NCBI RefSeq assembly: GCF_009914755.1
Contig: NC_060926.1
Length of the DNA stretch: 64,000 nt
Origin: the human T2T-CHM13v2.0 reference genome, Homo sapiens
Direction: 5' to 3' (one strand)
Positions 54,478-64,000 of this stretch are shown in pieces. The notes below the pieces were generated by a model. That model worked only from the letters and a program-made list of their open reading frames with translations, searched no databases and had not been told where the DNA came from. The position numbers and the translations under genes were made by a program. The first letter of the stretch is position 1; every line of letters begins with the position of its first letter.

Positions 54478-57097
54478 ATCTGTTTCATGTAACTTTTTAT
54501 TAAAAATAGTTTTTATATTGGACACATGTTTACAGATACCATTTTAAGAAGACCTAAGGCATACAAATGTGGGCTTTTGGCTTGCTTCACTGAATGAAGA
54601 TAAAGATATAAAAACCCAGATCTGCCTGAGGGTAGTCGTTTAAAGACAGCCGCTAACATGGAATTCTCACAATTGTTCTTTTGAGGGATATTTTAAGCCT
54701 TGTTCTCTTATCGTCGTAGGTAAGCACTTGTACCATGAAAACCGTAACCTGTACTTCAAGAAAACATTCACATTTCTGCTACAAGAAAAGGTTCTGATGA
54801 TTTAAATGTTTAAGACTTATGGCAGCTCTTCAGAAAGAAAAAGGAAGTCTTCATAAGATACAGAGATAGGGAGGCTGAGGCGGGTGGATTGTGAGGTCAG
54901 GAGTTTAAGACCAGCCTGGCCAAGATGGTGAAACCCCGTCTCTACTGAAAATACAAAAATTAGCCTGGCATGGTGACGGGCACCTGTAATCCCAGCTACT
55001 CAGGCTGAGGCAGAGAATTGCTTGAACCCAGGTGGCGGATGTTGCAATAAGCCGAAATCGTGCAACTACACTCCAGCCTGGGCAACAGAGCGAGACTCAA
55101 ACAAACAAACAAAAAGTAACTAGGAAAGTGTTTTACATGTGGGCTTATTTTAAGAAGAAATTTACTAAAAGCTGAGAGATGGGTCTCGATAAAATTTGAT
55201 GATTCAAAGAAAGTGGATGGGAACTTTACTGATCTTAGTTTAAAATATCCTGAGTCACCTGCCTTATGAGGTGGAAGGTCTTTCTTTCTTACTATATGTA
55301 CACCTTTAATTGAAAAGGTGAGAAAAGCTCCATACTGTGATGCTATGATTTCCCCAAGGCTTACCTTCTATAAGTAGTCACTGATAAAGTGCCATTGACC
55401 CGCATTTGTTTAGAATTATTTCATTAAAATTGGGGTATGATCTAGCAGTTTATAATAAATATTTATGGATAATTTTATTGGCTTTTAAAAGATACTGTAA
55501 AATTGACATATCTCAAAATGGAGTTAATTTATATTTACAACAAACCAAACACAAACATCAATTATGGAATTACAGGGTCACATTTTAATTCCTGAATTTT
55601 ACAGTTTAGCATTAATATCACCACATGTATACAAATGGTGTAAAACAAGTACAGTGGTATTTTTTAATACAAAATAAACATCTGTTTTATGGAAAAAACT
55701 ATACTTCATATCTACACAGACAGCTCATCTTTTCCAAACAATAGCCAAAATTAAAATTAACTACAAAATCTCCAAAACAGGGGAAACTGCTTTAGATTAA
55801 ACGATTCCAGGAAAAATGGACCCGTAACACATTACAAGGGTGATCTAAAGATTGTGGCTGGAATTACTGTTAAAGTTTTTTTTTCCCAATGCATTAAATT
55901 GTATTTTGGGGAGATTTTTCTCACTTCGGCATGATCTCAGATCATAGATGAGCAAACTAACATTAAAATATTTACAGTTAACTTGTTGCTCTAAAAATAA
56001 AACTTAACTGTTTGCCTCAATTTATTTTTAAAATTCACTTACGTATATGGAATGTGCTTTTACTCTTCTTAAAAAAGCAGCTTTCATATCACACCCTTGT
56101 TTACAGAAAAGCTACATGTGCTGCATGCTGACTTTGACACTTAAGTAGCTTCTTGGATCAAAATGGCTTCTAGATACTAAATGCCACTTAATTCAGCACT
56201 ATTCTTGGTTGGTCTGTATAAGTAACACTTTAAAACTTGCAGCTCTGGAAAGACAGAACTTTACTAACAAAGTAGAAAGTGATTTCAAAGTATCTTCCAC
56301 AAAAGATTGTACTGGTAGGCGGTTGACAACATTCTGTTCGATCTACTTTCAAATTTCTAGAGAAAATCATTTTGGAATACTACTGTACTGATTCTTGGCC
56401 TTCGTTGTCTCTAAAAGTGCTGATTTTAACATTATCTTAAAACTGTCCAGTTTGAATTGAGCTTGTTTTCATCAATATACATATTGAAAATTCCTGGTGT
56501 AGAAAACTCAACATGTGCTGAATACGGGGTGTACTTCCCTTCAACTACCTAAAAGGCTGAACTTTTGTTAAATCTTAAAGAAATGGTCCCAACAGCTTAA
56601 CTTCATTTTTTTAATGATAGTTGAATGTGTTTTCCATAAAAATTTCTTTTAAAAAGAGGCAACTGATTAAAACAACAACATGGCCAGCACCATTATACAA
56701 GTAATGTTATTGAGTTTACAACTGAAGTTCTGTAAAATTGTTTCTAGATCGACACCCCGAGGAGCAACCCTGCATTATTATATCAACCTTTTCCCCTCCC
56801 CTAAACCGTCCCCAAACCTGTGACTTTTCCTTGCTGAGAAGCTGTCTCCCAGGTTCTGGTTACTAATGTTTGTTTTGACAGCCTAAAAGGCAAACCCCTT
56901 AATTACTAGCAAGCAATCAAGTTCCTGGGAAGCCTGATTTTTATTAGAACTAAACTCTCTTAGCTGATATACTGTCTTTTGCTACTCCTTGTATATTTTA
57001 TAAGTTCAATTGAGAAAGCTTTCTGATTCAGATTTTCAGCTCACTGAACAGTTGCAGCATTGTAAGACCACATGTTGAGGGTCCCCTAATAAATATT
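54478..57097 (-). other. PPP4R3B: PPP4R3B 3'UTR with several candidate poly(A) signals
   Basis: Repeat-poor AU-rich sequence after the stop; - strand AATAAA at 56021-56026, 55474-55479 and 54496-54501, ATTAAA at 55584-55589; exact 3' end inferred. Confidence 0.75.
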
Positions 57098-57193
57098 TTA
57101 TGAGCCAAGACGAGGTCTTTTCCTGGGGGACGATTCTTCTTCTTCATCTTCCTCTTCATCATCTGGATAATCCACTAAGCCAACCAAACTTCC
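57098..57193 (-). CDS. PPP4R3B: PPP4R3B (SMEK2) last coding exon (GSLVGLVDYPDDEEEDEEEESSPRKRPRLGS*)
   Basis: Reverse complement reads ttcaatag|GGA...TCA TAA; recognised SMEK-family C-terminus (LVDY motif, acidic run, NLS-like RKRPR). Confidence 0.93.
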   Translation of the reverse strand, partial: GSLVGLVDYPDDEEEDEEEESSPRKRPRLGS

Positions 57194-58648
57194 CTATTGA
57201 AGAATTTAAAAATTTTTTCTTTAAACATATATAACAAAAAAGAGCTTTTAGTACAAATACAATCACTTGTAAAAATATCAGAAATCGTTTTTCTAAATCA
57301 TATCAGAAATTAACATTTGAATTTGATAAAGGAACTGCTTGAAATTATGAACGTTTGAGTAGTAATTGGTAGCACTTGCAGTAACCCTTAACTTTTCTAT
57401 CTGGTTCTTGGATTATTAATGATACTTCAAAACTCAATTCTGCAAAATTTTACTGTGGGAAAATGTCTACTTTTCCAAACAGTAGGGATAACAATTAATA
57501 ACATTTGGAAGCTGGAAAGGACATTGGAGATGAACTGGTTCATTTCTCTAATTTCATTACCACAAGAAAGCCCCTTGTAGTCTTTGTTCATCTTGTGTAT
57601 ATTTCATCACTAAGTACACATTATTTTCATTGTGCTTTTGAAGTACAGCTTAAATGGCTGGAGATAAACACATGAAATGATTCCTATAAAATAATAAGTA
57701 AAACATTTAGGGCTAGCTCGCTGACCAAAAGAACAATAAGGATGAGGTAATTCGTGGTCTTGGCCTTTGATGAGTAACAGACCTCTGTGAAAATCCTAGA
57801 AAAACTCTGGGTACTCTCCAGAAAATTACACATCCACAGGGTTTCATTCATTTTGAGCCAATCCCATGAAAACTTATGTCCTATAGGTTAAGAGGGCTAC
57901 TGTAAACACTGTATTTAGTTCAAACCCTTCAGACCTCTAGGAGATAAAACAAATACAACTGAAGTAACTCATACTTCATACCTGAAGTACTGAGGTATCG
58001 GGTTTTACCAGAATGTAACCAAATCAGTATAATATTAACCAACCAAAAAAAGGCCTCTGGGCAGCTAGAAACAGTTATCAGAAAGACTTATATACCTGTC
58101 TGAGAATCTGTTTCTCAACTTAATCACACACACATCTTAAGTCTGGATATGCAAGAAGCAATATGGCTAAATTGTTAAAAATAGGCTAACTGTAGGTCTG
58201 ATGTCAAATTCTAATGACACCACGTTTTATGTAAAAAAAAACAAAAACAAAAACAAAACTTTGGGGCTGGGCTTATGCCTGTAATCCCAGCACTTTGGGA
58301 GATCGAGGCGGATGGGTCACCTGAGAGATAATGAGTTCAAAACCAGCCTGGCCAACATAGCAAAACCCTATCTCTACCAAAAATACAAAAATTAGCCTGG
58401 CGTGATGGCAGGCACCTGTAGTCCCAGCTACTCGGGAGGCTGAGGGACGAGCATCTCTTGAACCCAGGAGGTGGAGATTGCACCACTGCACTCTAGCCTG
58501 GGCAACAGAGCAAGACTCCATCTCAAAACAAAAAGAAAAACAAAAAAAAACACAAAACCTTGGGCAAGTGGTTTAATACCTCTGCCTCAGTTTGTCTGTA
58601 AAATTGGTATAGTAGTATTTAGGCCTCAGTGAACTATTTTGAAATTTA

Positions 58649-58936
<288 letters not shown>

Positions 58937-60619
58937 TCAAAAATAAATAAATAAATAAATAAATAGATAACCAAACATCTAAAGCACTTCAGCACAGTGC
59001 TTCGTATGTAGTTAGTGTTCAATAAGTGCTATTAGCTGCTATTACTACTATCATTTTTCTATTATTTTGTTTCTAAGCCAAACAAATTGGAAGAGAGGAA
59101 AAACAAGAAATAATTCTGGTATAAAAAGGCACCAATCTGATAATCAAAAAGATGACAGCAAAGTTACAAAGTTTTAATTATGCTTAGTATTACATATCAT
59201 AACGTACAAACATTTGTATTCCAAATGGTTAACACTTAATTGTTTCTGCCCAAGATTAATAAATTGTCTGAAAAACTCACTTATACAATTTGAGTTTTAC
59301 TTATATTATCTCTGCAAACTAACATACATTTAAAACATGTTTACAATAAAAATAATAAAAATGCAAAATATGAAATGTTGGAAGTAAAAAGGCCTGTAAT
59401 CTAGAGATGCACTTTGTGAAGCTGATTCCATACTTTTAATATGTATCTAGAAATGTACTGTTTTAAAATAGCAGATTGAAATTATATTTACTCTTTTACA
59501 ATCATGTTCATATAAAAAAAAGCTTTCGATGTCAGTACATAAAGTTCCATTTCATTGTTTTAAACCCTTGCATTCCATGGTATGAATATATATATATTTT
59601 TTAAGAGTCTTGCTCTGTCGCCTGAGCTAGAGTACAGTTGTGTGATCTCAGTTCACTGCAACCTCTGTCTCCAGGGTGCAAGCGATTCCTGTGCCTCAGC
59701 CACCCAAGTAGCTTGGGCTACATGCATGCACCACCATGCCTGGCTAACTTTTGTATTTTTAGTAGAGATGGGGTTTCACCATGTTGGCCAGGCTGGCCTT
59801 GAACTCCTGGCCTCAAGTGATCTGCCCACCTCAGACTCCCAAAGCCGAGCCACCATGCTCGGCTTCATCATATACTTTAATTCCTGAATTTCTGGTTGGA
59901 CATTTGGGTTGTTTTTGCAGGGTATTTAGGTAAGAAATTTAAAAAGTGAATACCAGCAAAGAAAACAGGAGAAGAGAGAACAGCAGTTTAGAGTTGCCAA
60001 GGCATTTTTGGAAAAGAGAAATCAGAGGCAAGGCAAGTCATACAACAGGAAGAAGCCAAGAACTAAGTATTTGCAGAGGGATACAGAAACGAGAAACTGA
60101 TTTGTCTTAAGAAAACCCCAGAAAGAAGCTAGGCAGTAAAGGCACCAAAATATTGGGGAAAGCAGGGAAAACAGTTTAATTATAGTAAAACAGACAACTG
60201 GGTCATTGATTCTACACCTCTGACAGCCAGGAGATTTCTGTTCCTCCACCATCACCAACTACAGAGAATTCTACAGAGAAAATGACTCTATAAAGAATAA
60301 ACTCTATAGAGAATGTAATGAACTTTACAGAGCAAAGGACCATATACTTCATGACTTTAGGCAAAGTAAAGGGCATGGGTAAGGCCAGGCTGAAAATGAA
60401 AGAATAAATTTAAATTTTGTATACTGAGCAGACACGCCTACCCCACAATAAGCTTTGCTATGTAGGCACTCAGAACACTAACAACCATTCTTATACTTAC
60501 AAGGTGTAAGAGACTAGCTTTGTCTGTAAAAATTAGATGGCTTCACAGGAGTATGGGGGGAACTACAAACAACTAACACCTCCCGAAAAAAGCAGGGCAC
60601 TACTCTCTAAGTCCATACC

Positions 60620-62560
60620 ATAAAGTCAAGTTTTTAAAGTGTATAATTTTCACACACCATAAACTCACCATTTCAGAGCATATAATTCAGTGGTTTTAGT
60701 ATATTCACAAGTTACGTAATCACCACCAATTCCAGAACATTTCCACCATTTCACCCACCAAAAAAAGTCCCCATAAACAGTCCTCATTCCCCCACCACCC
60801 CCCACACCACCCAGCTCTTGGCAACCACTAACCTACTTTGTTTCTGCGGATTTGCTTATTCTGGACAGTTCATATAAATGGAATCATACAATATGTGGTC
60901 TTTTGTGACTGGTTTACTTCAATTACCACAATGTTTTCAAAGTTAATCTATGCTTAGCATATCAGGACTTCATTCTTTTTTATGGCCAAATAATATCCAC
61001 TGTATGAATATGCTACATTTTGTGTATCCATTCATCAGCTGAGAGACATTTGGGTTATTCTTACTTTTTGGCTATTATGAAAAATACTGCTATTAACATT
61101 CATATACAAGTTTTACAGTGGACACATGTTTTCAATTTTCTTACAATATATACCTAGGAAATGAGGTAGCTGGGTCATATGGTAACTCTGGGTCATATGG
61201 TACTCTGACTTTTTGGGGAACCGCCAGACTGTACTCCAAAGCTGCTACACCATTTTATTTTTATATATTTATTTTTTGAGACATTGTCTTAGAGACTCGA
61301 AAGTGCAGTGATGTGATCTCGGCTTATTGCAACCTCTGCCCGCTGGGCTCAAGTGATACTCCCACCTCAGCCTCCCGAATAGCTGGGACCACAGGCATGT
61401 GCCACCATGTCCAGCTAATTTTTGTAGACGGGGTTTTGCCATTTTGCCCAGGCTGGTCTCGAGCTCCTGGGCTCAAGCGATGCTCCTGCCTCGGCCTCCC
61501 AAAATGCTGGGATTACAGGCATAAGCCTATGCACCAGGCCTGTTGTGCTATTTTATATTCTCACTAGCAATGGGTGTCACAATTTACATTCTTACCAACA
61601 CTTGTTTTTGTGCATCTTTTTTATTATAGCTATCCTAGAGGATGTGAAATGCTATCATATTGTGATTTTGACTTGCATTTCCCTTACTAATGATGCTAAA
61701 CATCTTTCCACATGTTTATATGGGCCACTTGTGTATCTTCTTTGCAGAAATGTCTGTTAAAATCCTTTGTCCATTTTAAAACGGGGTTGTCATGCTGAGG
61801 TGTAAGAGTTCTTTATATATTCTGGATACCAGTTACTTATCAGATATATCATTTACAAATATTTCCTCCCATTTTGTGGATTGTCTTTTCAATTTATGGT
61901 AGTATCCTTTGGAGTACAAAATTTTTGAATTTTGAATGAGTCCAATTTATTATTTTTCTTTTGTCACTTGAGCTATTTGTGTCATATCTAAGAAATCACT
62001 GCCTAAATCCAAGGTCATAGATATTTATGCCTTTTTTTAAAAAAGAGTTTTAGACTTTTAACTTTTACATTTGGATCTTTTCATCCATTTTGAGAGGAGT
62101 TTTGGATATGATGTGAGATAGGGATCTAACTTCATTCTTCTGCATGTGGATATCCAGTTGTAACATTTATTGAAAAGGGTATTGTGGCCGGGCGCGGTGG
62201 CTCACGCCTGTAATCCCAACACTTTGGGAGGCCGAGGCAGGCAGATCACGAGGTCAGGAGATCGAGAACATCCTGGCTAACACAGTGAAATCCCATCTCT
62301 ACTAAAAATACAAAAAATTAGCCAGGCGTGGTGGTGGGCACCTGTAGTCCCAGCTACTCAGGAGGCTGAGGTAGGAAAATGGTGTGAACCTGGGAGGCGG
62401 AGCTTGCAGTGAGCCAAGATTGCGCCACCGCACTCCAGCCTGGGCAACAGAACAAGACTCCGTCTAAAAAAAAAAAAAAAAAAAGAAAGAAAGAAAAAGA
62501 GTATTCTTTCCCCCATCAAATTGTCTTGGCACTCTTATTAAAATCTGCCTTATTTTTTTT
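60620..62560 (-). mobile_element. L1MB-type LINE 3' fragment with inserted Alus (~61255-61540, ~62186-62500)
   Basis: ggcaaccactaacctactttg..ggaatcatacaatatgtggtc L1 3'UTR motifs. Confidence 0.85.
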
Positions 62561-64000
62561 TATGAAAGGAAATCCTAAGATCACCACTTGAGTAAAGTTT
62601 CCAATATGAAAGAAAGGATCAAAATAAATGACAACAATAACCTATGAAAAAGCCCTTTGGGAGGCCGAGGTGGGTGAATCACTTAAGATCAGGAGTTCCT
62701 GACGAGCCTGGCCAACATGGTGAAACCCCATCTCTACTGAAAATACAAAAATTAGCCAGGCATGGTGTCGCACACCTGTAATCCTAGAACATTATAATAA
62801 ATGCACATTCTATACAGAAATACACACGTATATGAAATGATATATGCAAGTGGTCACATATTGCAGCAATGATTTTAACTACAAAAAGCTGCAAACAACT
62901 TTAATGCCCATCACATTGATAGGGGCTAATTATAAATTGTTATATCCATACTTTTAAGTTCTATGCAGGAAATCTCTAATGTCCTGATATGAAGAGCTCA
63001 CCAAGATAAATTTGCTACACAAAGAAGCAAAATAACAGGTTTCTCTACTGTGAATCTGTGACGTGTTTATTTTAGTATCCACAAATGGCTTCTCATTCTG
63101 ATTTTATATTTTTCCTCATAGAAAATATACGTTTTACAGTTACACAACTAAAGAAGTATTTTGTGTCTTTATGACATTTATATCATAAAAACAAATGTTT
63201 TAATTCATTAGTAGCTAATGTCTAGCCAGCCTTCAACTATAGCAATTAACACTGTTAGTGAAACTGGCTAAACCAAAGGGCAATTGGTGATAAAGAATCT
63301 GTCACCACTTAGGAATGTGGGCATGGTTTGTTAAGAAGGTTGAGAGCAAATTAAAGTGGTGCTTAACTTCTGTCAACTCCTGTCTTGCTTAATTTCAAAA
63401 TTCTGTGTCTACAGTGATAGAGCAACTGTTTCCCAAGAACACTGTTTTTATCCCTATCTCTAAAAAGGATGTATAACAGATGTATTCTGTAATCTGCTGT
63501 TACTGTCAAGAAGAGTGAAAAAGGTGTTGGTGCTTGCATTTAATTTTGCTCATTCATAAGTAAATTATCTGAAAGGATAATAAAAACTCAGAGAAATATA
63601 ACAGAAAATATAACAGGAAAACAAAATGAATAGTAGGATATAAAAGTAGGATAGAAAAGGTATGCAGTATTGACATATTATTAGAAATAGAAGACACAGC
63701 TAAAAGAGTTCAAAGGTATCTTTGTGGAGGGGAACAGAGGGACTGATTTTTTTCTAATATAAACTTGCCTTTTGGTAATATTTGACTTTTGAAAGTACAT
63801 GCATGTATTACTTTGATTTAAAAAAAAAAAAAAGAAAAAAAAGAAAAGCTAATATATACTGAGAAGGTGTCAAGCAGTGTTCTCAGCATTTTACATTTGT
63901 TAAATAATTTAATCTTCCCAACAAGCTTATAAAGTAGGTACTACCTTACCCCTTTTTAAAACAAGAAAGTCGGCCGGGCATGGTGGCTAACACCTGTTAA

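Noticed and set aside
61171-61207. 18-bp tandem duplication tgggtcatatggtaactc
   Set aside because: Ordinary slippage inside an old L1

Overview
Human-like (primate) genomic DNA, Alu-dense, matching the CFAP36 (CCDC104)/PPP4R3B (SMEK2) locus. The complete CFAP36 gene is on the + strand: a CpG-island promoter with an RFX X-box, 10 coding exons from 26978 to 52195 (1029 nt, 342 aa), an in-frame 75-nt cassette exon and a short 3'UTR. The last exon and long 3'UTR of PPP4R3B lie convergently on the - strand (~54480-57193). Almost all ORFs in the supplied track are Alu, L1 or LTR artefacts. The main unexpected signal is upstream of CFAP36 (224-23253): 13 AG...GT-bounded segments (one with a GC donor) sit in repeat-free gaps. 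They chain in splice phase, with two 1-nt frameshifts, into ~560 stop-interrupted codons, suggesting a decayed multi-exon gene (candidate unitary pseudogene) that I cannot name. Also present: a tailless U6 retrocopy, an inverted copy of a CFAP36 intron-2 segment, zero-spacer inverted Alus and nested transposons.
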